A DNA stretch of 64,000 nucleotides from positions 77,014,601-77,078,600 of the forward strand of contig NC_068987.1 of assembly GCF_001194135.2 (NCBI RefSeq), in the 5' to 3' direction. Within the stretch, counting starts at the first letter, position 1. Each line of letters opens with the position of its first letter. The notes below the pieces were generated by a model. It saw nothing but the letters and a program-made list of their open reading frames with translations. It was not told where the DNA came from and searched no databases. The position numbers were made by a program, and so were the translations under genes. This DNA is from Octopus bimaculoides. Lineage: Eukaryota. Below, one piece after another: positions 24,470 through 38,559 of the stretch.

Positions 24470-24820
24470 TTTCTACTCTTGGCCCAAGGCCCGAAATTTT
24501 GGGGGAGGGGGCCAGTCGATTATATTGACCCCAGTTCGCAACTGATACTTAATTTATTGACCCCGAAAGGATGAATGGTAAAGTCGACCTGGGCGGAATT
24601 TAAACTCAGAACGTAAAGACAGACGAAATACCGTTAAGCATTTCGCTCAGCGTGCTAACGTTTCTTATTTCTTTATTGCCCACAAGGGGCTAAACATAGA
24701 GGGAATAAACAAGAACAGACAAAGGGATTAAGTCGATTACATCAACCCCAGTGCGTAACTGGTACTTAATTTATCGACCTCGAAAGGATGAAAGGCAAGG
24801 TCGACCTCAGCGGAATTTGA
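24470..24820 (-). mobile_element. SINE-A dimer (A2 plus 5'-clipped A1), truncated
   Basis: Junction gctaacgtttcttatttctttattgcccacaag at about 24655, the same as at 8620 and 60320. Confidence 0.85.
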
Positions 24821-24822
24821 GA

Positions 24823-24905
24823 ATAAATGATGGATTTTTTCCTTATGAGGTTTTTTCACGCTAGCTACTTGATAAATTCTTATAAAAGAATTTATCCTAT
24901 TATTG
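24823..24905. repeat. Unclassified interspersed repeat (inverted copy at 56882-56975)
   Basis: ttccttatgaggttttttcacgctagctacttgataaatt is the reverse complement of aatttatcaagtagtcagcgtgaaaaaacctcataagg. Confidence 0.7.
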
Positions 24906-24916
24906 AATTAAGTATG

Positions 24917-24957
<41 letters not shown>

Positions 24958-24959
<2 letters not shown>

Positions 24960-25121
24960 GATGAGTTTCTTTCAGTTTCCGTCTACCAAATCCACTCGCA
25001 AGGCTTTGGTCGTCTCGAAGCTATGGTAGAAGACACTTGCTCAAGATTCCAAGCAGTGGAACTGAACCCAGGACCATGCGGTTGGGAAGCAAGCATCTTA
25101 CCACACAGCTACGCCTGTGCT
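24958..25121 (-). mobile_element. CORE-SINE 5' half
   Basis: ctttcagtttccgtctaccaaatccactcgcaaggc ... cttaccacacagc. Confidence 0.85.
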
Positions 25122-25786
25122 TATATCGAACCTTGATTTTTGTTTTCTTCTCTTCTTATATCCTCTTTAAAATTATATTGTTTTTTTTTAACCAACACCA
25201 CTGACAATGAAAACAACAACAGCAACAACAATAATAGCAACAACAACAACAACAACACCTGTTCTTAATATACTCAGTCAAAAGATACCAAACTTCAGTA
25301 ATTCTTTTGTTTTATTTTCAGTGTCCGTCACATCTTAGCAGCAAGAAGCTATACTATATACAAATATTGTTTGGTGGCAATTTATCGAAAACAGATTAAG
25401 GAAATACAATTGATCGAAACAATTGAACGAAAAACAATTGATGAAAGTAACAGCAGCTCAAATCAACAATTAATCGAATTATACCAAGTATTCGAAATAC
25501 AGAAAATAGGTTAAAGGAAAAATAACAAGGTTATATTGTCACGTTTTTATTAAAGTAATTTTTTTTTGTTAAATGCTATATAGATGTGTGTGTGTATGTG
25601 TGTGTGGCATTTATGTTTACAGCGTAAAAACTAGTGTAATATATGTTAATGTCCCTTGATGGTCTTTTTCATAACTGGTTCAAAATCTGTGATAATTGAA
25701 TCAATATTTGAAAATAGCGCTAATGTTATTACTGCACGAAGGAATTATCAGTTCAGCAAATCTATCTATCCATCTATCTATCTATC

Positions 25787-25838
<52 letters not shown>

Positions 25839-26514
25839 ATTGAGCATATACATATAATATGCATATATATATATGTNNNNNNNNNNNNNNNNNNNNNNNN
25901 NNNNNNNNNNNNNNNNNNNNNNNNNNNNNNNNNNNNNNNNNNNNNNNNNNNNNNNNNNNNNNNNNNNNNNNNNNNNNNNNNNNNNNNNNNNNNNNNNNNN
26001 NNNNNNNNNNNNNCATATATATATATATATCATTCCTTATTATCGGCAATTGCTCATGAATAGTCGACTATATTTGTGTATCATTGAAATATTTTAGCTT
26101 TTTAAGACGTTTCTCTAACAATTTGATCAAACGCTGTTTACATTTCAATGTTGTTCTTTTTTTTAAATTAATACATGAAAATATAACATTTTCTCCATAT
26201 TTCAAATATTTGCTATAACTCGATTGTTAAAAATGGACGACTGTCAGTTCCATCAATGGTTTTTCGATCAACCATTGACATTACTTGCAATTCGATCGTC
26301 TGCATACTACAGATATCAATGCGATAAGTCCGTAATATATTTTATAAAGTTTCAATATTATCAATGATATATAACGTTATCCATTTGATGTGGCATTATA
26401 ATATAATAATTTTCCACTTGGTTTCTGATTTTTCACGATGAAATTTAAATTACTTCGCAAGTGTAATTTTACTTAACTTAAGCCACTCGATAGTGTGTTT
26501 GTGTATGCATATCA

Positions 26515-26554
<40 letters not shown>

Positions 26555-26634
26555 GTGTGTGTGTGTGTGTTTGGTTTGGTTTATCTTTCGGTAAGCATAA
26601 TATAAAAACTAACATCTATAAAGAAAGCTTATAT

Positions 26635-26851
26635 TTGTTTCAAATTTTGGCACAAGGCCAGCAATTTGGGAGGAGGGGGCCAAGTCGATTAAATCGACCG
26701 CAGTGTTCAATTAGTACTAATTTTATCGACACCGAGAAGATGAAAGGTAAAGCTGACCTCAGCGGAATTTGAACTCAGAACGTAAAAACGGACGAAATAC
26801 AGCTCAGCATTTTGCCCGGTGTGCTAACGATTCTGCCAGCTTAACGCCTTA
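26635..26851 (-). mobile_element. SINE-A
   Basis: ttttggcacaaggccagcaattt ... gaatttgaactcagaacgt ... tgctaacgattctgccagc. Confidence 0.85.
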
Positions 26852-28314
26852 AAGAAAGTTTATATTAACACACACACTCACTCACACTCATACGAAGTGA
26901 TGAAACAGTAAAAATAACTGGCACTGAAAAGTTCTAGAAATATCCGGTATGTCGGCAATAGACACTTCCAATTAGGTAAGATTAAAATTACTTTAAAGTC
27001 TTGTAACTTTTATCGTATTAATTTCTTGAAAAAATTCTGTAATTTTCATCTTGAGAAAAACGATATCAGTGTAGAAAATTAGAAAAACTTCTGGATACTG
27101 TTTTTCAAACCCAGTGCGCACCACTGCTGTCATAAATGCAGTAAGTTCGCTCACCATCACTAACTTGGAAAACTTGGAATCTGACAAAGCATGTTTGAAT
27201 ATGCCTAACTGTTCATCTGCTTACTTACTTACCTACCGACCGTTCTACGGATTCATTTCTTCATTTACTCATAAAATTAGCCGATCGTTCTTACCGAATG
27301 TCTCCTGCCGCCTGCGGCTTGATCGTATAAACCAACAACCATTTTGAAATTTTCGCAACCCATAATACATATCCTTGAATTCACACTGTTTTTAAATTCA
27401 TCCTCTCAGTAGGACCTATTCCACATAGCAATTCGATAAAGACAGGTCATGCAGCTCTCTTACAAAACAATGATATCCGTGTCTTCTAAATCTAACATTA
27501 TCTCTCCTTTCACGTTTTATCTATATCTACCCCATTTCGATCCACATCTTTGCATTTTATCTTTACTTTACCGTTCTATCGCTACCTTCTTGTTTTATTT
27601 ACACTATCTTATTTTATCTACTTCTTTCCAATTCTTTCTCTACTTGCTTCGTTCTAGTGATGCACTTCTACACCTTTCCTATTTTCTCTGAACTTAATCA
27701 GATGTTTAATACCCATGGGTTCATAGAAGTACAGAAAAATTATTGCTATATTTACACCATACTTTTTTCTTCACTATGCATTTACGATGGTGCTGATACC
27801 AAAAAGAAACAAGACCAAAAATGACTGAATATAAGTTTCACCATTGGAAAATATATTTTTCACTGAGATATGAACAAAAATACTATATCTACAATTTTCA
27901 TTTTAAAAATATACGAGAATATTTATAGAATGAAAGTATGAAGACTAAACTTATACTAGGATTGATTTCCTACAAAATTATATTATTTCACAGCGAAGCA
28001 ATTATTTCAACAGGCTGCCTCTGTTGAAAGTAAGAAGACAACTCTTGAGAATCAATTCAATCTAAAATATATTTTGAAAACTTTTTTTCTGAATCAATAT
28101 TGGTTAGCAGTGAGGTTAAAGATGAAGAATATTGCCGGAGAAAGAATCGACATATGGATGAGGATACCTAACGGTGATATAGTGAAATGGGTAATTCGAC
28201 AGTAAGTTCTGCCACACGTAATTAGAAAGGTTGAAGCAGATGACGTAAGCAATATAACAACAAAGCTATCAATCACCACCACCACAGTCACCCACCGCCA
28301 CTACTAATAGCAAT

Positions 28315-28710
28315 AATTTTTTTCTATTATAGGTACAACACCTGGGATTTTGTTGGAGGGGCTAGTCGATTACATCGACCTCATTGCTCAGTTGGTACCT
28401 ATTTCATCGACTCTGAAAGGAGGAAAAGCCAAGTTGACATCGGTGGAATTTGAACCCAGAACGTAAAGTCGGACGAAAGGTCGTTAAGCATTCTGCCCGG
28501 CCTGTAAATAATTCTGACACTTCGCCGCCGCCGCAGCCGCCTTACAACAACAACAACAACAATAATCCTTTCTACTATAGGCACAAGGCCTGAAATTTGA
28601 GGGAGGAGTTAGTCGATTACATCGCTTCCCTTTAAAGGTTAAAAAGCAAAGTCGGGCTCGGCAGAATTCGAACTCACAGCGTAAATAGCCGGAAGAAATG
28701 CTGTTTCAGC
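28315..28710 (-). mobile_element. Two tandem SINE-A copies separated by (AAC)n(AAT)n
   Basis: Units about 28315-28520 and 28562-28710. Confidence 0.75.
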
Positions 28711-28940
28711 TCTAGTCCTATGTCTGTGTCAACACGTTAAACAAACGATCGATCTGTTAGTTGGATAGAGACTTAACCAATTGAAGTGGAATTGAACCAA
28801 TACGTGCATTATTATTATTGGTATAATGATTCTCTCATAATACCAGAATATTATCGCTAAGCATTTTACCCGGAATACCAGGAGGACTTAGGATGTTTTT
28901 GGTCTCGTTCCACGTAAAGGATATGAACAGCTGCTTTTAG

Positions 28941-28976
28941 ATACCCTTTATGAAGTGTCTGTAAGAACAGTGGCAG
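28941..28976 (+). CDS. Candidate 36-nt symmetric phase-1 exon, FN3 strand-like
   Basis: Acceptor ctgcttttAG and donor GTGAGT. Frame gives (D)TLYEVSVRTVA(G). Confidence 0.15.
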
Positions 28977-29901
28977 GTGAGTAAAGAAGCAGGTTGCTCT
29001 GACCGACCTAACTAGTCAGTTCTCGTTTGTGTGCAAGGGTGTTTTAGTATGTTATGTTTAAAATTATAGCGTGTTTGATTTATAGTAGTTTCTTTATGGT
29101 CATTATATATCCTTGCTTTTAGAGATAGGTTTAAAGTATCTTCTATATACGTTGTCCCCTGATTTCGTTTTTATGTAACTTTGTTTTGTTCAACGTCACA
29201 CATTTTTTTTGTAACCCAATCCAGCTTAAATGTTTTCTGTAATTGTATTCATGAATAAATCGGAATGTGTAACTCCCAGCAGTTCTGACTCCTTACGTTC
29301 TGCGTTCAAATGCCGCTAAGGTCAACTTTGCTTCATCCTTTCAGGCTCGATAAAATAAAATACAAGACAAATATTGGAGGTCCATGTAATTGACCAAGCC
29401 CCTACCCTTAACATTTACTGGTGTTTTACCAAAATTTGACATCTCCGGCTGAATCGAGACTAAGCAACAGCGATATATGGATGGTTGGATCTCTGTCTTT
29501 CAAAGATGAGGATTCAATTGATCGATCTACTGAAGTGCCTACTCCTGAATTAACGTGTATATGGCTGAGCATTTTACCGACACGGGGTGCCCTCAACGTA
29601 ATTCCCAAACAGAATCTGCGTAACTCAGTATATGAGAAATTTGCACCTTTTCAATTACATGTACAATGTACTCGACCGGCTTCTATACAGTTTCCGTCTA
29701 ATTTTATTCACACGGTATGAGTCGGCCCAAGGTTATAGAAAATAACATTTGCCCAAGCTGTCATGCAGTGGGATCAAATCTGCAACCTTATGGTTGCAAA
29801 GCGAGCTTCTCAACCATTCGATCTTCCTGCGTCTATTGACGGAATGAACTCGGTTCTAAACAGTTTTCAAATCATGTTCCAGAGAAAAATATTTCCAAAG
29901 C

Positions 29902-29940
<39 letters not shown>

Positions 29941-30000
29941 ACGAAAGAAACTAACGCTGCAAGATATTTTATATCTGACCGCAATTGATAAGAAACTCAC

Positions 30001-30092
30001 CAAGTTCCAAATCGAACGGATGTGAACTCTTAAAACTCCAAATAGCGACGTCATATCAAGGCGGCCTTGCCATAGGGCAAACGTAAACACAC
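30001..30092 (-). CDS. Candidate 5' coding exon of an unidentified minus-strand gene
   Basis: Strong donor TTG|GTGAGT. ATG at 30054-30052 gives MTSLFGVLRVHIRSIWNL at phase 0. The upstream acceptor would be a rare GAG. Confidence 0.2.
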
Positions 30093-31036
30093 CTCAAGAG
30101 AGGCAAACAGTACACATCAACAAAACATTATGCCTCGATATTTATCTCGTTAACTGATATAATGACGCCAATATAGATAAGAAGTCTGGCCTTTCCTGAA
30201 TGAACGATCGCTATATCACAACAGATGGACGAGATATATCAATCATACAAGAGTAAGATGTATTAACTAAACATCTCATTATTGATCGTGATAGGAATGC
30301 ATCCGGACAACTATTTGTGCCGAACTAGTGCGTGTGTGTGCGTGTGGAATATATAAAATATTTCTTAAGTAGCTGTCCCTCTAAAATATCGGTGAATCAT
30401 TAGTTTTCTGTGAGCTGTGATGTGATAATAAGAAATATATAACTAAACATAATACCTTTAATAGGAAGGAAGGATTTGCACAAAAATAATTGTATAATAC
30501 GCATCTACATTTTTGGACCAAAATTTTCTTCAAAATTTCCAATTCTATGTATAACACGACTACAAGAGTGGAGATTGGACTATAGTCCAATATATTAGTT
30601 TCTAATATTTCATTTTATGAAAAGTATATTGATAAACTTTTTTTAAATCTTAAAAAAATGTAAGCTTTTTATATTTCATTGTTCATTTTTCTTCATAAAA
30701 GCAGGTGAAGAACAAAATTTGCCGATAACACGTATTTTACATGTTGAAAATATTAATCTTGACTTTGGCGGGGGGGAAAAAAGAGCTTTACGGCACCATT
30801 TTGGAAAAATACACGATACAGATCGGTGTAAATACATCTATAGCAGTAATGGAAAGTAATATTGCGCTGGAAGCAGATTTTGGTTAAAAATTCTACACAA
30901 AACACTAGAGATTAATCACCAGCAAAGAAAAAAAAAGAACTCCTCATTCATATATATATATAAATGTGTGTATGAATAGGTAGATGTAGGTATGTACATA
31001 CATGTATGCATATATGCATATACTCATTTATTATTT

Positions 31037-31079
<43 letters not shown>

Positions 31080-31426
31080 TTTACATGTCTCAGTCATTGG
31101 ACTGCGTCTATGGGGTACAGCCTTCATAGGTTTGCTCAAGCAAATTGACCGACGAGCATATTTTAAAAAAAATAACGCTTACTCTATGCGTCTCCTTCTG
31201 CTGAACCAGTAGGTTACGGGGACGTAAAGAAACCAATACCGGTCGTGGTGGTGGACAAACATACACACAAATACACGCGCGCGCGCACATAGACACACAT
31301 AGACACACGCACACACACTCACACACACACGCTATATTGATAGCTGACTGTTTAGTTTAGGTAAGATCAACGAAAAGTTACTCCATCTAGTGAGAGATAA
31401 ATATCATCTCTCGCTCTCTATATGTG

Positions 31427-31463
<37 letters not shown>

Positions 31464-31616
31464 ATATATATATATGTCTGTGTATTTATATATGCATATA
31501 TGTATATATATATATATATGTATATATCTATGTATATATGTATATGTATGTATATGTATATATATGTATGTATATATATATACATACATGTATATCTATA
31601 TGTATATGTATATATG

Positions 31617-31648
<32 letters not shown>

Positions 31649-33710
31649 AGTATATATATATATGTATATATATATGTATGTATATATGTAGGTATATATA
31701 TATATANNNNNNNNNNNNNNNNNNNNNNNNNNNNNNNNNNNNNNNNNNNNNNNNNNNNNNNNNNNNNNNNNNNNNNNNNNNNNNNNNNNNNNNNNNNNNN
31801 NNNNNNNNNNNNNNNNNNNNNNNNNNNNNNNNNNNNNNNNNNNNNNNNNNNNNNNNNNNNNNNNNNNNNNNNNNNNNNNNNNNNNNNNNNNNNNNNNNNN
31901 NNNNNNNNNNNNNNNNNNNNNNNNNNNNNNNNNNNNNNNNNNNNNNNNNNNNNNNNNNNNNNNNNNNNNNNNNNNNNNNNNNNNNNNNNNNNNNNNNNNN
32001 NNNNNNNNNNNNNNNNNNNNNNNNNNNNNNNNNNNNNNNNNNNNNNNNNNNNNNNNNNNNNNNNNNNNNNNNNNNNNNNNNNNNNNNNNNNNNNNNNNNN
32101 NNNNNNNNNNNNNNNNNNNNNNNNNNNNNNNNNNNNNNNNNNNNNNNNNNNNNNNNNNNNNNNNNNNNNNNNNNNNNNNNNNNNNNNNNNNNNNNNNNNN
32201 NNNNNNNNNNNNNNNNNNNNNNNNNNNNNNNNNNNNNNNNNNNNNNNNNNNNNNNNNNNNNNNNNNNNNNNNNNNNNNNNNNNNNNNNNNNNNNNNNNNN
32301 NNNNNNNNNNNNNNNNNNNNNNNNNNNNNNNNNNNNNNNNNNNNNNNNNNNNNNNNNNNNNNNNNNNNNNNNNNNNNNNNNNNNNNNNNNNNNNNNNNNN
32401 NNNNNNNNNNNNNNNNNNNNNNNNNNNNNNNNNNNNNNNNNNNGTGTGCGCGCGTGTGTGTATGTGTGTGGATGTGCGTGTGTGTGTGGGATTGTGAGTG
32501 TTAGGTACGGGTGTGTGTGTGTGTATGCGCGTGTGTGTTTATGTGTGTTTATGTGTGTCTGTATGTGTGTGTCCGTGTGCGAGTGTGTGCGCGTGTGTAT
32601 ATATTTTTTGTGCGTGCGTGCATGTGTATATTGTGCATGTTTTCGTGCGTGCGTGTGTGTTGTGTATGTGAGTGAGTATTGTGTATGTGAGAGGTGTGTG
32701 TGCGTGTGTGCATGTCTGTATATGTGTATGGGTTGTCAGGTGTGTGGGAGGTATTTGTGAATGGGGGTATATGTGGGTTATGTGTGCAAGGGTGTGTATG
32801 TTTGCGTGATTGTAGCATGTGTGTGTATGTGCAAGTGTGCGTGTGTATGTGCGTTTGTATAAGTGTGTGGGCGAGTCTGAGCGTGTGAGTGCATGCATAT
32901 GTGTTGTGTTGGGGGGTAGGTGTGCTTTCATGTGTGTGTATGGGTGCGTGTATTTTTTGTGTGTGGGTATGTGTGCGTGTAGGAAGGGGTGAGATAAAAA
33001 GTGGAAAATTGTAGTGAATGTAATAAGAAGAGAATAATGGATATAATGTAAAGGGGACGACGGGNNNNNNNNNNNNNNNNNNNNNNNNNNNNNNNNNNNN
33101 NNNNNNNNNNNNNNNNNNNNNNNNNNNNNNNNNNNNNNNNNNNNNNNNNNNNNNNNNNNNNNNNNNNNNNNNNNNNNNNNNNNNNNNNNNNNNNNNNNNN
33201 NNNNNNNNNNNNNNNNNNNNNNNNNNNNNNNNNNNNNNNNNNNNNNNNNNNNNNNNNNNNNNNNNNNNNNNNNNNNNNNNNNNNNNNNNNNNNNNNNNNN
33301 NNNNNNNNNNNNNNNNNNNNNNNNNNNNNNNNNNNNNNNNNNNNNNNNNNNNNNNNNNNNNNNNNNNNNNNNNNNNNNNNNNNNNNNNNNNNNNNNNNNN
33401 NNNNNNNNNNNNNNNNNNNNNNNNNNNNNNNNNNNNNNNNNNNNNNNNNNNNNNNNNNNNNNNNNNNNNNNNNNNNNNNNNNNNNNNNNNNNNNNNNNNN
33501 NNNNNNNNNNNNNNNNNNNNNNNNNNNNNNNNNNNNNNNNNNNNNNNNNNNNNNNNNNNNNNNNNNNNNNNNNNNNNNNNNNNNNNNNNNNNNNNNNNNN
33601 NNNNNNNNNNNNNNNNNNNNNNNNNNNNNNNNNNNNNNNNNNNNNNNNNNNNNNNNNNNNNNNNNNNNNNNNNNNNNNNNNNNNNNNNNNNNNNNNNNNN
33701 NNNNNNNNNA

Positions 33711-33821
33711 ATACGGAAAGTCTTTGACGTTTCGAGCTACGCTCTTCAACAGAAAGAATACGGAGACAAGAAGAAAAACACGGAGAAAAAAAATTGAATA
33801 GTGTCCAGTCAGCGGTCAATC
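33711..33821 (-). mobile_element. Penelope-like terminal repeat with hammerhead-like fold (33721-33757)
   Basis: The 37-nt motif is the exact reverse complement of 1225-1261. Confidence 0.65.
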
Positions 33822-35309
33822 ATAATATATATATATATATATAATTTAAGGTACACAGTATTTAAAATAAGAGATAAACATGTGCCTCGAGCTCGATGAT
33901 TGCTTGGAGACGCAAGGCAGCTTATTTAAATCTGCCTAACGTGAAGGCTACCATTGGTTTCATGTCGAGAGAAATTTCTCAGCAATTATTATCAAGCTTT
34001 CTACATGGAATGTTGATGTCCGCCTTCGTCTTAGATGAAAACACAACGAAATAACATGATATCATCGCTTGATATTTGATAATGAACAAATAGATATACG
34101 TACAAATGAGACATGATAATTTCCAATTGATTATTTCCCTTATATTAATTTCAATCTATAAAATTTATAAATATGCACAGGTGCATGCATCCATGTATAT
34201 GTGCATACATACATGCATACACTAGCTCATACAATCACACCTGCATTATGCATTTTGAGTATGTACACTTAGTTTGCATTTGCACGTGTGTGCACATGAT
34301 TGCAGAGTTTCACATATTTTTCACAAATTTTGGCGTGAAACTTGGTCCATGGTGGTGTTCTGGATTCATAAGTTTTGTGCATATATTCACATTTGTGCAT
34401 ATATTCACATTTGTTGTGCATATATTCATTCCATGAACTCAAAATCACGTGAATGCGATCGATCGTTCTAGAGGTATATTGTTAATCTAATATAAAAATA
34501 GTATGCTAGCCAAGCAGTCAAGTGAACGTAAAACAAGAATGTTATGATGGCCAGCTGATTGGGCGAGAAAAAAAAAACTTATAGATTTATCCTGTTTGAT
34601 TTCAGATCGAGATCGATCGTCATTGATGCAATCGGTTATGTTACTAAAATGTTTACACGTTAACCTTGAGATACTGAGATTTTTTTGATTAGTTTTTATC
34701 TATTTTGTATTTTATTTTAACTTTTTATTTTCTATTTTTTGCTTTAATTCAATTCATCTTTATTTAATTTTTTTTTTAGTTTTTATTTTTATTTCTTATT
34801 TTATTTATTTATTCATTTACTTTCAAAGAAGCAAAAAGCAAAGTGGCTGATCCAAACGAATTCTCTGCATTCAATCAATGAGTGACATAGTTAAATTATG
34901 GCAAATTTTCCCTAAATCTGACTGTATTCTACCATTTGACTGATGCTTATTGTTAGCTAAATACCAAACAAAAGCGTCTTGCGTCTAAATTAAAAGCAGA
35001 CATTCTTTCTGTGAGCCGAACCTCAATTAAATAAAGACATACATTTGAATAAACTTATTGTTTTCTCTGAACATCAACAAAAGAATCTTGTCTCGTGGAG
35101 ACCGATTCGTAGCCTGGCATTGAACTTCGATGAAACAAAAGAAACTCGCATATATACANNNNNNNNNNNNNNNNNNNNNNNNNNNNNNNNNNNNNNNNNN
35201 NNNNNNNNNNNNNNNNNNNNNNNNNNNNNNNNNNNNNNNNNNNNNNNNNNNNNNNNNNNNNNNNNNNNNNNNNNNNNNNNNNNNNNNATATATATATATA
35301 TATATATAT

Positions 35310-35340
<31 letters not shown>

Positions 35341-37174
35341 TGTACGTGTATACATATACATATATATATGTACACGCATACATACACATGCACAAATCTG
35401 TACATATACATATGCGAATACATGTACACGTTTGTACATACAAATACATATATGAATACATACATGCATATGTATGTTTGTATATATGTATACACACACA
35501 CACACACACACACACACAGACTCATATATATACGAATAAATGTGTAGGTGTGTGAGTGTGTGTGTATACACAGAAATACATAAATGCATACATACATTCA
35601 TACATACACACATACACATACATTCGTGTGTGTACGTGCGAACATATAAATATATGCGTAAATACATACTTACATACGCATACATACGTACGTACATACA
35701 TACATACATACATACATACATACGTACGTATATGCATAAGTACATAATACGTATATACATACATGCGTAAACACAAACGAAATCACATAATGCGCATTTG
35801 CACGCATACATATATATATATACAAACACACATACGCAAGTGCATACGTACTGAGGCACGTACATACATGCGTACATACATTCACATATATGGATATTTG
35901 CACATCCTCCACGTTCTCATTCTTCCCCTCTGTCTTCATCGCTCTCCTCATACTCTCCTCTCTCTCTCTCTTCCTTATTTTCCTCATTTTCTTTTCTCTC
36001 CCTTCCTCTTCTTTACTCTCATCTGTCTTTCTCTTTTTCTCTTTCTCTCTCACTTTGATATGTTTTCCCTGCTCTAATTGAAGTAAGATTTCCATGGATC
36101 TTCACTGATGTTCTATTATGCTGGTATTTTTGAAATTTCTAAATACATTAAAGAAAATTTATGAGTATGATTTTTCAAAAATACTTCCTTTTTGTTCGTT
36201 ACGTCACAATGAAACGGGACCAATTACAAAAAAATATATATAAAAATAAAATATCAAAAGAAAAACAGTGAGCAAAAAATAAAAAAAAAACAACGTGACT
36301 AGAGTTACGACAACCATCCATCCGCCTGCATTGTGAGAAAAGGCGTAGTTTAGGCGTCACTCTGAGAATAAATATAAATCAATTTACACAACCTAATCAA
36401 AGAATACTGTTGCATTCGATTGCGTGCGAGTGAGATGAAGAAAAAACACTAAAAGGTTATTCTTAAAAACCTGTAAGAAGCAGAGCTGCAACGGTGGACA
36501 TGTTGTAGAGGATTGATAAATCTATATTTCATATTGATGAGAATTTGAAGTTGATGTAGGAGACATTAAATTTATCGAATAAAATGTACCAATAATGTTT
36601 TGTAAATGGATTTTCTTTCTCTCCCTACACTTCTTCCTCTTCTTCTCTCTACCTCTATCGTGCTCTCGCTTTTTCATTCTCTTTGTCTCACTTGTTCTTT
36701 TACTCTGAAAATATCTTGAATGCCGTGCACTCACTTATTATGTGTGAGGAGAGTTTGTAAAAGGGAAGGGGTAAAAAGTCACAGATACGCACATATATAT
36801 GGAGAGAGAGAGAAAACAAAGGTGAGTGGGGGGATTGGCAGAAATAAAGAAAATGACAGGAAGAGATAAAGAGAGAAGGGGGAGAAAGATTTATGGATAT
36901 GTATTTAATAAGGTAGGACAATGTGTTTTTAAGATGATACGGTAGCATTTGAGATCTCACCAACTTCATTAAATATGTTATCCATCCTTCTATCCATGCA
37001 TTAATCTATAAATGTATGTATGAATAAATACGTATACAATATATAAGTATATGCAGATGTGTCTATACACACATATACACATAGATACACATGTATGAAT
37101 GAGTGTGTGTATATATATATATAACTTTGATAACTTTGGTAGGTTTCGGCCAGTGTAGACCCAGGCCATGTTCT

Positions 37175-37790
37175 TTTAATCTTTTATTCCTTTATTTGTT
37201 TCAGTCATTTGACTGCGGCCATGCTGGAACACCGCCTTAATGAGTTTTAGTCGTGTGTGTGTGTGTGTGTGTGACAGGCGTCTTTCAGTTTCCGTCTACT
37301 AAATCCATTCACAAGGCTTTCATCGGCCCGAGGCTATAATAGATGTCACACAGTGGGACTGAACCCAGAACCATGTGGTTAGGAAGCAAGCTTCTTACCA
37401 CACAGCCAATATATACATAAACAGGCGCAGGCGTGGCTGTGTGGTAAGAAGACTGCGGCCATGCTGCAGTACCACCTTAACTGCCTTTAGGTCGAAATAA
37501 TCAACTCCGTTTCATTTTTAAGCTACAGGGACGTAAACACACCAGCATCGGTTGTCAAGCGATGGTGGGTAGGTGAATGGGCACAAACACAGACACACAA
37601 ACATATTTATAAATATATAATATACGTCGGGCTTCTTTCAGTTTCCGTCTACTAAATCCACTCACAAAGTTTTGGTTGTCCCGAGGCTATAGTAGAAGAC
37701 ACTTGCTCAAGGTGCCACGCAGTGGGACTGAACCCGGAACCATGCTATTGGGAAGCAAGCTCCTTAACACACAACTACATATGTGTGTAT
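37175..37790 (-). mobile_element. Nested CORE-SINE copies
   Basis: Two 3' tails (37175-37250, 37450-37490), two 5' halves (37270-37410, 37625-37790) and a short plus-strand head at 37425-37450. Confidence 0.8.
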
Positions 37791-38559
37791 GTGTGTGATA
37801 ATCATAAACAATAGGTCTCTACAGGTTCACTGTATTTCTGATGGCGTGAATGACAAGGGAGTGTATCGAACTCGGTAAAGAACAAATACCGCAAAAGTTT
37901 TCTTACAACGAATATTTGTTTTCTCCTTGATGTTTGCTTTATATTCTTGATCGATGTATGTGCATTATATATTAATATGTTATTTCTTTGAATAACTTTC
38001 ACATAGATATCGCCAACAAATTTAAGAATATCAGAAAATAGGGTGGAAATATGGGGAAGCCGATAAATGTTGGAATACGAAGCAGATTGTAATTCTTTCA
38101 AAGCCATATTGGAAAATGGTATCAACAAAATAACAAAAGCTCATGTAAAACATTGAATTCGATTAATAAGGATGTTAAGCTTATAAACTCCAGTCTGAAT
38201 AAGGTTAGCAGAGAAAAGATCCTTCATTTAAATAGATCGTATCTTATTATGAAGCAGCAATAACAACATTTCATGAGTAATCATACCATATGACTCAATA
38301 ATCCTATGAAAGCTGAACTTGAGAGAATGATCGAAATTATGTTAGATAGAATCGATAACGAAATACAAGAAAGACCAGACTGACTCTCAGGAAAATAGAG
38401 GACTTGTAATTAGTCGGTTTTCAAGTATCAGAAATTAAAGAGAAAATTTTTTCATACTGTTTGATATAATGGATTACTATCCGTTTGCAACAAAACTCTT
38501 ACTTAAATGCAGTCGATTTCACGAAACTTTTTACAACCATCAAATCTAAAAGCAAAGGT

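Noticed and set aside
29421-29720. 99-aa ORF with ordinary-looking composition
   Set aside because: It starts in a SINE-A tail, includes a repeat-D-like end and finishes in a CORE-SINE. It has a non-ATG start and no recognisable domain.
30574-30591. Perfect 18-bp palindrome ATTGGACTATAGTCCAAT
   Set aside because: A 9-bp arm is expected by chance at this window size and AT content.
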